Source: Cirrosporium novae-zelandiae (Eukaryota). Taken from it: DNA of 64,000 bases. The notes below the pieces were generated by a model, which was not told where the DNA came from, ran no database searches, and was given only the letters and a program-made list of their open reading frames with translations. Position numbers and translations under genes: made by a program. The first letter of the stretch is position 1, and the number at the start of each line of letters is the position of its first letter. Location: positions 124,001-188,000 of the forward strand of contig JAPETS010000030.1 in NCBI GenBank assembly GCA_026023565.1, in the 5' to 3' direction. Below, piece by piece: positions 1-12,501 of the stretch.

Positions 1-128
1 GCGAAGAAGAAAACGTCAAGATCCTTTTTTTGAATCACCAGGATCTTGTTCTCCCCGGCAGAACTGTCTTGCCCTGAACCATTTTTGGTGTTGAGTGGGA
101 TGACGGAGTTTTGATGGGTGAGATACAT
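1..128 (-). CDS. Possible 5' end of a gene running off the left edge
   Basis: ATG at 128 opens a stop-free frame to the window edge (MYLTHQNSVIPLNTKNGSGQDSSAGENKILVIQKKDLDVFFF). No recognisable motif; could be UTR. Confidence 0.2.
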   Translation of the reverse strand, partial: MYLTHQNSVIPLNTKNGSGQDSSAGENKILVIQKKDLDVFFF

Positions 129-1182
129 GTTAGTGATTGTTATTATGGTGAGAGGGGATGAAAGGGGGTGGGTGTTTTTCACGTTTTGCACGAAAAGGAA
201 AAAGGGGGGTTGGGGTTAGAAGTAATAGAAAATGAAATAATTATTCCATCTGAGTAGTCCTAATTGTCGGATGCCGTAAATACCAGGTTGGGTTCAAATC
301 CCAAAGAGCGCTAGTAATTGGTTACACTGGTATCAGTGTTCTTCTCTAATTACCTACCTACACACCTACCAGGTACTTGTTACTTATTACATCCATACAT
401 AACCACGTTCTATATTCTACGTTCTATACCCACCCACCCAAACACCACACATGCAACACACTCAACAGCCAAAAGCCAAGAACTTAAACGCCCTTTTTTT
501 CATATCTTGTAGGAAGAAGAAGAAGAAGAAGAGGAGAGAGGGGAGGGAAAGGGAAAGGAGATAATTATTTCTATCTATCTGGGTGTGGGTACTGGGTTTG
601 GGTTTGGGTACCTACCTACCTACCTACACACCTACACACCCAGGTACTTACTCCCTGCTAACTATATCAACATTACAACCAAATGGCAATAGTTCCATAT
701 TCTATACCCAAACACCACCCAATTTTTCTCCCTCCCCACCATATATGTCATTTTCCGCTTTTCGTAAATATAAAACACACCAAGTCAAGTCCTTTTCCAA
801 GTCCCTTTCCAATTTTTCATATCCCGTATCCCGTATCATATAAGTATACGATAAAAGATAAAAGAGAAAGCATAATTAACTCAAGCAAAAAAAAAAAAAA
901 AGGGGGGGGTGGGGATAGTTAAGAGAGAGGGAAATATATATAGGCGGATAAAGAGCTGAGGGAGAGGGAAAAGAAAGGGAAAGGAAAGAGGAGAAGGGGA
1001 GAAGGGGAAGGGGGATGATTTTCTTGTAATTATTGTGGATTATGGGATAGGGTAGGATATAGAGAAAGAAAGAAAGAAAGGAAAGGGGATTTGGGGGTTT
1101 TGGAAAGTTGTGATTGTTAGTTATCTAGTAATTACCTATATAGGTAGATATATCTATGGGGTTTTATGATTGCTTAGGTAAT

Positions 1183-1272
1183 TGTTTTTATTTTTGTTTT
1201 TTATTTTTGTTTTTTGTTTTTGTTTTTTGTTTTTGTTTTTTGTTTTTTATTTTTTATTTTTTATTTTTATTT
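1183..1272. repeat. (TTTTTG/TTTTTA)n hexamer microsatellite, followed by (ATCC)n
   Basis: Directly visible tandem units. Confidence 0.9.
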
Positions 1273-1400
1273 GGCTGGTACGATATATACATCCATCCAT
1301 CCATCCATCCATCCACCCATATCCACCTATCTACCTATCGATATAATCCTATAACCCCTTAAAACCTCCCACCCCTTCTCCCCTACCCCCTCAACCCCTC

Positions 1401-3734
1401 TCAATACTCAACAACCCCCCCTCCACCACCACAAGTCCCAAACTTCCCATCCCCAACCCCCCTCCCCCTTCCAAACTCCACAAACCGAAACCAACACCTC
1501 CACTCCACACCCCTTAATTCCGGTTCCGGTAGGCTCCAGCCGATACTTGGGAGGGCTAGGAGGATTTCTGAGGTTTCTGTTTCTGTTTTGGGTGAGGGTT
1601 TGGTGTTATTGTTGGGGGTGATGTTTGGATATTTTTTTTGAGTTTCTCCTTCTGTTTCGGGGATGGTTGGGTTTGATGGGAATGGAGAGGGAGAAGGAAA
1701 GGTATGAGGAAGCAGGATAAATATCGCTGGGATGGTCCATCTGGTATCCCCCGGTGCAAATCGTCTAAGCAGATCCGACACATCGAGGTCCCCCTCCCCC
1801 TTCCCATTCATTCCCCCTTTATCTTTCAGCTGTTCAGAGTCTTGTTTTTGATAGGGTCGGAGGAGGAGGGAGTAGGGGGTTAGATTTTTTGTTGTTAGCC
1901 AGAATCGGCCGTCGAAGAGGATGGGGTCGGGGTCGGGGTTGGGGTCATTGTTTTTGAGGTGATTGGGGTAATGTTGTGGTTGTGGGGGAATTGTGTGTGT
2001 TGGTGGGGGGGTTAGAGATGTGTTTGAGTAGGGTTGGCGGGAGAGACGGTAGGTTGTTTTGGGGTTGAATTGGATTTGGGGTCGGGTGGTGAGTTTGGGG
2101 GTTGAACGTGGTTGGGATTGTTCTCCTTCTCCTTCTCCTTCTTTTTCTTTTTCTTTTTCTTTTTCTGCTTCTAGGAGTGGGGTTTCTATTCGTTCGACCA
2201 GAACATTCCCGGCACAGAATCTCTTCTCTCCCAGCAACTTCTCTAGGTTCCGAGGTTCTGATCTAGCCAGCTCTGGGAACAATCGCAAGACCACTGATTC
2301 CACAGAAGCGCTCGTGACATCTTCATTCGGGCTGACAAGTCGTAGAACATGTCTGATCAAGCAACTTGCAACATGATGCGCTGCGCCTTTACTTGGGATC
2401 TTGGCGTCGGGATAGGGGATTGAAGCTGGAAACCTAACCTCAGCAGTCCCGGCACAGGGATTGAAGTCGAGTAATGCGGTATTCTTTTTGAAAATTTCTT
2501 GTGCAATGGCTTCTATTTCGTTGCGTCTGTTGCTTATTCGTGAGGTAAAGGAAACAAGACTCGGGGTCTGGAGGGCTTGGGGAAGTCGAGGCATAATTGC
2601 GCGAATGGCATTGCGCTTGGTGAGAGTTGGGTCGGAATTTGTTGGGTCTTCCCACCAAAACGTGTGGTTTGCTTCGCAGGTAACAATGAGACGCTCTTTT
2701 CTAAAAGATAAAAGCGGTCGAATGACTTGGATTCCGATATTCTGGTCAATTGGGAGAGAATGGTCTTGATTTCTAGTCTCTGTGGCGCGAATAGTATTTT
2801 CCTCGATGCCTCCGTCATGCCAATACGGTGAATGAACTCCATATATACCAAAGCTCTCTGGAAGACCTCCTCGGTCAATAATACAAAGGCGAGGGGAAGA
2901 GTGAGTGCAGGCCACAAGCCTCATCAGGGTGTTCTCGGCTTGATCATCAGCATGGTGAGCGAGCAGCACGTAATCGATTCCATGGTTACGGCAAGCAAGA
3001 CCAAATGCACGGAATCGAAGTTTGCGAGCTGAATTTTCTCCAAAAGGAGCGTCGGGGGAAAGTTTCCCTCCAGGATATGGCCATTCCAGGGTAAGAATCT
3101 CAGAAGAAATCCCTAATTCCAATCAATCAGACTACACCATGACCATCATGCGACCACGTTCCATGGGAAGGCATTGCGAACCCATTCTCTCCAGCTGCGT
3201 TGCAACAGCTCTAGCCTCTCTGTCGCTACCTTCTCTTGCTCTATGATCGACAACAAATGCTTGAAATTGGCTTGGAATGTTGCCTTGGTTGTCTTCTAAA
3301 GGTGGACATCGAGTTCGCTCGGCGCATAGGGTTGCCAGCGCCATGGAATCGACGCCGCCACTAATGGCCAGGCCTATAAATAAAATGTAATGTCAGTAAT
3401 TCCTTCTCGGATATAGCAAGATGTACCAAATGTAAATGAAGGAGATAGATTATTTGTTATCGCTGGGCTTGCTGTCGCTATTATACTGCTAGATACTAAA
3501 CAACCAATTGAACTCCAACGCAGTCGTAATTGACGGAACTTTTGTAAAAGCGATAGGTTGTACTAAGCATAAAGAAGGAAAAAGACACAACCCACCTATC
3601 CTCCCATTTCTCTTTATATTAGGTGGCCATGCTTTCTTTAGGGCCTTCTCAAACTCCTCTTGAGATATTGGCCTTGCCTTTGAAGCAATAGTAGAGGCAT
3701 TGAAAAGGAGAGATGTAGTAGCCCGAAAAAACAT
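1401..3734 (-). CDS. tilS: tRNA(Ile)-lysidine synthetase-like PP-loop protein, probably mitochondrial (~680 aa)
   Basis: Exons 3734-3596, 3373-3182, 3112-1401, phases consistent. PP-loop LAISGGVDSMAL; VVDH.AREGS; ARKLRF; LAHHADDQAE; IRPLL; WWEDPTN; RNAIR. N-terminus is R/S/T-rich like a mitochondrial presequence. Confidence 0.9.
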
Positions 3735-4017
3735 CACTCAGTTTCAAAAAGAAACAACATAAAACGTGAAGTAATTAAAAAAAAGAGCGTTGTAATTGCG
3801 GGCATTGTTGCAGAGAGCCGGAGACGGACCGAGACGCAAAAGCTATAGCTCCGATGCCCACCAAAATTCCGGGGCTTTATGGAACTTTCCGTCTTATCGA
3901 TACGAAATTATACTTCGAGTGACCATCTTTAAAGCTCCATCCCGCCCAGAGCTATTATTCCTACCACCATGAAAGTGTAACTGTATTGAAAAGTCGACCC
4001 TACATTCCTTTGAAATC

Positions 4018-5019
4018 ATGTCAGCTATAACGGAAACCCCATCCACCTCCACCTCCAACTCTACCACCCCCCTCATAAAATCGCCATTCACACGTTCTCT
4101 TCTCGTACACCACCCTCACAACCCACCCTCCAAGACCCTACCCCCACTAACCCCTCTGAGCCAGGCCGGCGCCCTCGCAGGCACAACAGTCGACCTCTCC
4201 CTCTATCCCCTCGACACACTAAAAACGCGCCTCCAATCCTCCAAACCCATCCCCATCACCTTTTCTCTCGCACGCATCTACTCCGGCGTCGGATCCGCAC
4301 TTGTCGGCTCTGCCCCCTCCGCCGCTCTCTTCTTCACAACCTACGAGTCCTCCAAATCCTTCCTCCGACACCTACGATTAACAGAAGAACAATTGGCTGG
4401 TGGGCCGGGACAGGGAACCCTTAGTACCCATGCTGAACCTATTGAGCACATGCTAGCGGCGAGTTTGGGGGAGGTGGCGGCGTGTGCAGTGCGTGTGCCG
4501 ACGGAGGTGGTGAAACAGCGCGCGCAGGCGGGCCAGTATGCGCGCTCGCGACAAGCGCTGGTTTCGATTCTTAATCGGAGGAGTAATATTGGGTTGGGGG
4601 GGGTGTGGAGGGAATTGTACCGTGGCTGGAATGCGACTATTCTCCGTGAAGTTCCGTTTACCATAATTCAATTCCCGCTCTGGGAAGGTTTAAAAACATG
4701 GCGTGTACGTTCGTCTGGAAGAGGTGAAGATGGAACCGTCACGGCAATAGAGAGTGCTGTGTTTGGAAGTATTGCAGGTGCAGTGGCGGCCGGGGTGACG
4801 ACACCGTTGGATGTATTGAAAACGAGAATGATGTTGGCAAGGGAAAGACCCAAGGGGGGAATGGTGGGGATGCTAACCCAGATATTGAGGGAGAGCGGAC
4901 CGAGAGCATTCTTCGCGGGAATTGGACCACGGATGATATGGATTAGCCTGGGGGGAGCAATATTTTTGGGGAGCTATCAGTGGGGGGCTAATGTTTTGGA
5001 AGGGGGAATGAAACGATGA
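4018..5019 (+). CDS. PET8: Mitochondrial carrier, S-adenosylmethionine transporter type (~313 aa spliced)
   Basis: Three Px[D/E]xxKxR signatures (PLDTLKTR, PTEVVKQR, PLDVLKTR) plus GSAPSAALFF and REVPFTIIQFPLWE, typical of Pet8/Sam5. Probable 60-nt intron 4105-4164 (GTACAC...CTAAC...CAG). Confidence 0.9.
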   Translation: MSAITETPSTSTSNSTTPLIKSPFTRSLLVHHPHNPPSKTLPPLTPLSQAGALAGTTVDLSLYPLDTLKTRLQSSKPIPITFSLARIYSGVGSALVGSAPSAALFFTTYESSKSFLRHLRLTEEQLAGGPGQGTLSTHAEPIEHMLAASLGEVAACAVRVPTEVVKQRAQAGQYARSRQALVSILNRRSNIGLGGVWRELYRGWNATILREVPFTIIQFPLWEGLKTWRVRSSGRGEDGTVTAIESAVFGSIAGAVAAGVTTPLDVLKTRMMLARERPKGGMVGMLTQILRESGPRAFFAGIGPRMIWISLGGAIFLGSYQWGANVLEGGMKR

Positions 5020-5311
5020 CATGGTGACGTTGAACCGAAATGTCATGCCGGAGACAATACCGATACACTGCTCTGATTCTAAAAAGATACCTCTACATGC
5101 ATACCTAATGAAATAGATCTGTATAATCAAAGAAATTTCAAAACTAGGAATTATACATTCACATTGGTTCGCTTGGTTTGATTACTTAATCCAACTATAT
5201 CCAAGAAGAATAAGCCGTTTCCAAGCTTCCGAGGTATTTTGTACAATTAGAGTAGGTGTTCACCATGTATGAGAACAACTCTATGCAAAAGGTCTCCATC
5301 TAACTTCATCT

Positions 5312-8300
5312 TCAATGAGCTGCAGGCGTAGCCGTTCCGAATCCCGGCAATGAATGCTCGTGATGTTCTGCTTCAGGTTTTGAATCCGAATGCGTCTCCA
5401 ACAGACTTGGTTTTTTATCATTGTGTTTATAGTATAGTATAATATCCGAAGATGCCTTCCATATATAAGTTCGAATAGTAGCAAGTGTCATTTTGGGGGG
5501 GACAGAATGGCCATTGCAATAGAGTTCCAGGTACTCTTCTGGTTTCATGGCATCAGGATCGGGTTCCAGAGGCTGTGGTTCAATACGCTCTGCAACATAG
5601 GAAAGGATCTTTCGCGAACGGAGCATGCGATTTGCATTTAATCTTGCATTTCTATAAACGTTAGAATTTATTGCTTTGCTAGAGCTGGAGGATTGGATGC
5701 ATGCATACCCATCGGCACTGGCTATACTTGGAAGCCGATCTTCATAGGGAAGAAGTACAAACGCTATTTTCAACGGCTCTTTAAATGGAACTTGATTCTG
5801 AAAGGGTCAGTATCTTGGTCGACTCACTAAGAAAGGAATGAGAGCTTACTCGCAATAATAAATCACCTAACCACATTGGGCCCTTTTGCTCAATCAAGTC
5901 TGCGTCCTGTCCAACGGAGCCCACACTACCTCGATAGACATCCGAGATTCCACCTTGATCCGGTCGATCCTCTTGAATCTGAATGGCACAATGGGGAAGC
6001 AGTCTCAGAATAGGAGTTTCATTAGGAAGACTCGGGCAAATTCCAGAGGGTAAAGGTTGACCAGGATGAGCCTGAGCCTTTTCTTCGTACTCGTATTTTA
6101 GTTTTTGTATGGTCCCAAAGAAATTGTCATCCACGACCTTTTCCTCCTTTTCTGATGATTTGTCGGATTCCTCGGTCTTTTCGTCAGTAACTACCGGCTT
6201 CAATTCAACAGAAGGTCGCCCTCCAAGCTTCTTCGGAAATGTCATGCGGAATTTTTTCCCAAATCGTGAGCCACTTTCTTTGCTCTTTTCTTCCTTCTCC
6301 GGTTCAGAAGGCGATTGGACTGCCTCTGCTTGGCCAGCTCCAGGCGTACTGACAGTCTTTCCATTATCTCCATTGCTTTCTGCCACCAAAGCGGGTTTGC
6401 TAGAGAAATAGTCGTTCACGCCCTCGGTGAGTGCCCCGCTTTGACTTTGATGTGATGATTTTTTCTCGAGACTGTGTGAGTCTTCTTCAGCCATTGGAGC
6501 TAGATTTGTAGTATGGGAACTTGGTAGTGTAGGAGGGTTTGCTGGAGTCGCCACTCCAATCGACAAGCTGGGAGTAAGGAGATGACTGAAGAACCCATTT
6601 CCAACCCGAGGGGTTGTCACAGATTCATGGCTTGGAGATGTACCCGGGTCAATACTGATACTTGATGCAGGAAGATCGATCGATGAAGGAGCATTGCTTC
6701 GGTGTAAGGTTTGCATATGTTCAGCATTAATCACCACTTCTTTACGACGATCCTCGTCTCGTTTAATCTCTTGGTCAATGAGGTTCGCAAAAAGGTAACG
6801 CAGAACCCATTTCCCTAGATTTATTCGCTGATCCTCTCTAAGTTCCATTGGCTGTTCAAGATCCATCTCATCAGCATATACTTCGGCATCAAAGCAATTA
6901 TTCTCTTCTAAGACGCAGGACAGACGGCCAGTTCTTGTATTAACAGAACACCACGTATTTACGCTTTCCATGGTATTAACCTCCGATGTGACATCCTCCA
7001 GGTGTCTTTTCCCAAACGATTTGATTGCTCGACAGGTGACAAGATCCCACATGATAACTTCTCCAGCAGTGTCCAAAGTAAGAACTCGTCTTCGATCGTT
7101 AAGCATAGTATGTTTTATCAATCCATGCTGGCCTTCAATGGTCTCATCGGGCTCGCTGTAGGCTGGCACCATCGCTGGTAGCTCCGAATCTAAGAGAACA
7201 CTAGGTGGACTTCTTATACTTGTTCCAGAAGTTATAGATGTGTCGGCATCTCTTGACTTGGAGAATGGGAATGGAGCTGCATTCGAGAGGCGAAGAAGAG
7301 AAGGAAATGGAATCTGCTTCTTAGATATACCGTTTATTGTCGAGCTTTCTGATAGTGGGGAGGTTGGAGAGGACATGGACCTAGCATCGGGGATAGAGTT
7401 TCGGCTCGAAAACGGAGAGCCAGGAGGGTCTTGAATTCCAGTTTGGGTATCAACGTCTTTCCAGCGATTGATGCTAGAACTTGCAGATGCTGTCCATATA
7501 TAATCTCCAGCAGCAACAATCTTATGAATTCCGTCATGCTCCTGACAAACTGCAACACTTATGCCTTCCTCTATCTCTGACGCTCCACGCGCATCGGTTT
7601 TAGCCACCAATCCTGATCGATCACTAGAGTAAAAAACAGATAGATCTGGATGATCTGAGAAAAGCGACCAGACACTGTCGTTATGCATTGTCAAAGTATG
7701 CATACATCTTCCAGCTGTAACGGACCAGACCTTGACCGTCTGGTCAGATGAAGCTGATAATATTAAATCTCCGGCTTCATTGATAAGTATAGCGCGAATA
7801 TTATCCGTATGGCCAACGAATTTATTTATTCGTTCTCCCGTCTTGGGGTCCCAGAGTTTGAGGACACTCTCTGGTCCTCCACTAGCCAAGATTGATCCTC
7901 TGGCACTTAGCGCGTATATGGACCCTTTGGCACCAATTTCTTCCTTGGCTACATTTATCTGAAGTTTTTCCCCAGCTCCATTTAGATCCCACAAACAGAT
8001 CTTATGATCAAGACCCCCAGAAGCGACCCAATCAGCATTAAAACTTGGAGAAGCTAGACATTTAACGTAGTCACTATGGAGGCCAATGTTTTGAGCCGGT
8101 ACTTCATCTTGCCCCTGTGGCCTCCAAACTTTGACGGTAAGATCAGATGATGCGGATACGAGCGCGGAATTGTTTTGTACGAGAATAAGATCGTTGACCC
8201 AGTGAGTGTGAGCTTGAGTCTGGTGACGAAAGACGGTAAATGCGGTAGATCTAGAGCTATAGTTATCTGTGTCGGAGAGATTTTGCCCTGATGATAGTGA

Positions 8301-8606
8301 TGATGAGGGAGATGGTTTGAGGTCAAGATTAAGGTCCCAGGCGCAAATTACGCCATCACGACCGCCGGAATATCTACCGCTTGATCAGGATCCCCTAAAG
8401 CCGAATATGCGCACGAAACATACAGAATTGAATGATCGGGGTCTACAGCCAGACCATTTACCCCCAATCGATGACCGCCCGGCGTATTGGCGAGGGGGAG
8501 TACTACGTAATTGCGAATGGGTTAAAAAAATGCTAGTATAACAGGGAATGGAAAGTCAATGGAGAAGCTCACCATAATTAATCCTCTGGCGAGCCTTGCG
8601 CGCCAT
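5312..8606 (-). CDS. WDR48: WD40-repeat deubiquitinase cofactor, WDR48/UAF1/Bun107 family (~1040 aa)
   Basis: Exons 8606-8573, 8502-8424, 8373-5850, 5797-5312, phases consistent. [39 protein letters not shown] repeats; [13 protein letters not shown]-terminal [13 protein letters not shown] and [12 protein letters not shown]. Confidence 0.92.
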
Positions 8607-9542
8607 ACAGATTACTCTAACCAAGGAGATATCCTATAACTTCCAACAAGAGACAGCGTGCGCATTATGCTGAGAAGAGGTTCGGGATATGAGCACGTCC
8701 CATACAGGGTATGACAATTGGTGACCGGGGGGATAAGAAATAGGTAATTATTGCAGTTGAGTGGTGGACTGATGGTGAATGGGGGGATCAAGGTTGGGGA
8801 TTATTGGATATGACTGGAAATAAAATAAAAAATCAAAGGCGCATTCCAAGGTGGTAAGGGTAAGCAGTTTGCTGGCGATGCAGTAGTGAGATCTCGATAT
8901 CTGATTACTTTTTACTGGTATTGTGGAGAAGGGAAACATTTCTGGAGTAGATGCTCTCAGGCCAAGGGCAGGCCTGTCTGGTGGTACGTGTTGAAGTTTA
9001 GCAACTTAGTACCGCCCGAAATCAGCAAATCAGCCAAAATTCCACCCCTCCCCAGCCTGCCGTGAACCCATTTCTGTTCCTGGCAACGGTTATTAAACTA
9101 AACTCTCCTTAGAACCTTTTCACTATAACTGCGAATCTATTTAATACCTCTTTCTTACCTGGACACTTTATAATCTCTCCCATGATCCAATCGATATATC
9201 TGTTGATTTAGCTAACTAAGGATACCAAGACCCGCCTTCAATGGAATCAATTCCTTCACATGTATATCAAAGCCCATTTCACAGCTCTGTACCATATTTT
9301 CTAACTGCCCGATCCAGACTGAATAACAAAAAACCGGGCGAAACGTTTTGACACATGACATTAGGGCCCTACGCCTTTCATTCTTTGCCAGAACGCCAAT
9401 AAAACTCGCAATGATCCCATATTATCAAAGCTGGTCATTCACAGTCTAGGCGCAAAACTTAAAAGCTGAGACTTACCCAAACGCCGCATTAATATTCTGA
9501 CATGTCCAAAAAACAAAAAAAAAAATAAACCTGATTATTCCA

Positions 9543-12501
9543 TCACCTCTTGCTAGGCACCGCAACAGCACCTGTACCTGGTTCCAGGGTATGCACATGG
9601 CCTGAAGCCCTGTATACCTTGCCATCCTCGTCCTGTCGGCACACAGCCGCTCCCGCTATCCATGGATCTTGTAATACTTCGGCGAGTTTCATTCTCTTTT
9701 TCGGATCGACTCTCAACATGCCCGCAATGACATGCCGACTTTCTCGAGGCAAAAGTCGCATCAAACGCCAAGGACCCTTGATCACCTCGGATTTGCTATT
9801 TGACTGTTCATGGCGAGATTTGGACGTATTCGAAGAAGGCTGAGATCCTTCGGTCCTCGATACTGGTTCCGATTTTGGTTCATTCTTCTGTTGTTTTGAA
9901 TTCTCATTCGAATTTTGCCTGGATGCTGGCGCACTTGGTGCAATCTCACGGGTGGATAGATCTCCGGTGGACCTTGACGGAGTTTGCTCCGACGGTGGTG
10001 GTCTAAGCAATGGGTCCACAATTGGTGTTCCGGGGCTCGGAGGTGCCACAAAGAGCTTATACGAATGGTCGGTAAGGCGAGGCATTTTCCAAGGGAATCG
10101 TCGCAACGTCATACAACAATAAATGATTGCCAGGGACCAAATATCGACAGACTGAGGGTCATAGTGTTTCTGATCATAAACCTCTGGAGCCAAATAGGGA
10201 TCCGAACCAACGATACCTATTGTTCAAAATCAGTATCAAGATAAGTTTCACCAAAATATGCAGACCTTACCTGTAGCAAGTACGATTTCGTTCTCGAAGG
10301 GATACCTAAATACGCTAGCACTTCCAAAGTCGATGAGCTTCATAATGCCGTGTTCATTCACCACCACATTATCCAACTTGAGATCTCGATGGGCCAATCC
10401 CATACTGTGTAGATACGTCACGCCATTTGTAATTTGAAGAAAGGTACAAGTCACTTCCTCTCTCGTCATCTTTCCGGTCATGACGGCAGCAAATAAGTCA
10501 TATGGAGCATACTCCATAACTTCGTACCAGTGGCCTTTTTCATGAATAATGTCCAGAGTTTCGATAATATTACCATGATGAAGAGTGGAACCAATACAAA
10601 ATTCAGCCGTGACTTTTTTGGAGTATTCACGAGCAGTTTCCCAGCTATGACGATCCCGAAATTGCTTTACCGCGAATGTCACACCATCAGTCTGTCGTTT
10701 AAGAACACGAACTGAGCCTCCTGCTCCTGAACCCAAAACCTTCCCGAACTTTCCATACTTTGACTCTAGGCCGTGATCGTCGGCAAAAGGAACACTAGAG
10801 GGTGCCAGTTGATGCGGAGGTGTTCTTGTACCGGACCTTGAAGATCTAAATGAGGGAGCAGGGGAATGAGCCCTCTTGTTTTTATTGCCTAACCTGAAAA
10901 ATCGTTTCAATTCCGCCATTGATCCATGAGGTCTTTCTAATCCCCCCAAGTCATCTTTCTTGAAAAACCCCGATCCTCTTTTATCAGACAATTTTAGATC
11001 AGTCCCACTCCGAGAGTATGGTAGTGAGCCAGACCCACCTAACCCAGAACGACGTCGATCGGACTTGCCGCTAAACAAAAACCTATCTTCAAGCTTACGG
11101 AGATTTTGAGGTTCTCGTTTGTTCCGTGCATAGGGGTCATTTGCATCTCCAGGTGGTGCCAAAGGTTGATGAGAAAATGCAGGCGCATTTATGAACGGGA
11201 TCTCATTCCTTGGTGTTCCGACAGGACTTGATTCTTTTGATACGTAGGGAGAGTCGGCCGGAGACCCTAACGTAAATCTAGCTACATGCTTCGATTTTCC
11301 TTCCGTAGCATCTGGGCCTTCCGATAGAGATGTTGGCCTGGTTGATATCGGCTCAGAAGAACTTGAAGGACGAGATGTCGCACTGCTAGGATACTTGGTC
11401 TCGTCAAGCATAACCCCTGGTGAGATGGGGGCTAGCGAGCTATGTGGGTGTGATGTCTGTGGAGTCATGATTGCTGCATCTGGACGACATTTGCCACGGC
11501 CTTTTCCAGGGTCTCCTTCGGTTGAACGCGGACCAGATTCAGACGGAGTTAGAGGTGGGGAATTAACGTCTGTGACTGGAGGTGAGGGCCTCGGCGAGGG
11601 AGTTCCGGAGCGAGAGCGAGGATATTGGGGAGAGTGAACAGGACTAGCGTCTCTTGAAGCTGCCTAATATTAACGACAGTTAGCTTCACATTTAGCGACA
11701 GCAGATAGTATACGAAGAGACGAGAAACCCCGCATTAACAAAATATATTTGGCTCGGATTTGATCGGAGACCTTTATGCTTTACATTCCTGATACAAATG
11801 AATGAGTCTGAATCTTGCTTAAAATAACTTGATATCAAAGAGCAAATTCCGAGTAGAATGTAGCATGCCAGGGAGATTTAAGTAGAGTATGCGAAAAATC
11901 GATTCGGAGAAAATGAGTTTGCGCATAACGTCACCATTATGAATTCAGTCCAAAATCAGCATAACCATATCTCCAGACAGCATGAAAATAGCTAGGCAAG
12001 CCGCGGTCATATACACTCCGATCTGGGGTAGTTTTTCTTTTCATTCATACAAGGTGTGGGAACAAACGAAATATATCATCACATACTCTTGATGCCGGTA
12101 GAGATACAGGGTCAAAGGCGAAATTAGCCATCCGTTGTTGTTGTAGCCGTGATTTCTGTAGTGTAATTGCGAGATTTTGTAATTCTTCCTTGGCTTTTGG
12201 GCTGAGTGTTTCTCGTGGGCTTTCTGAATTTGTCAAAGTCGCGGCATGCTGTAGGCTTTCATCTGGCTCTATTTCTTGATTCTTGGAACTGAACCTAACC
12301 GTCTGTTGTTGTGGGGTTGAATCGAGGTGGTTTGTATCATGAGTTTGAGAATCGGTAGGATGAGTGTCAGCCGGAAGGGGTGCTAAACAAAGGTTCTGTT
12401 AGAAGGATATTGAATGTTGGTGGCAAAGAGAAGGGATGTTACCCACAATTCATATGCGGTTGGTTGTCAAGCGGCGCTGCCGCTGATGTTGGCGTAGACA
12501 T
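9543..12501 (-). CDS. SAT4: Ser/Thr protein kinase, Hal4/Sat4 (NPR/HAL) family (~805 aa)
   Basis: Exons 12501-12447, 12382-12087, 11663-10271, 10216-9543, phases consistent. [54 protein letters not shown]; long disordered N-terminus. Confidence 0.92.

Noticed and set aside
7994..8373. Apparent break in WDR48 in the ORF track
   Set aside because: The frame is open from 8373 to 5850; the track simply starts at the first TTG.
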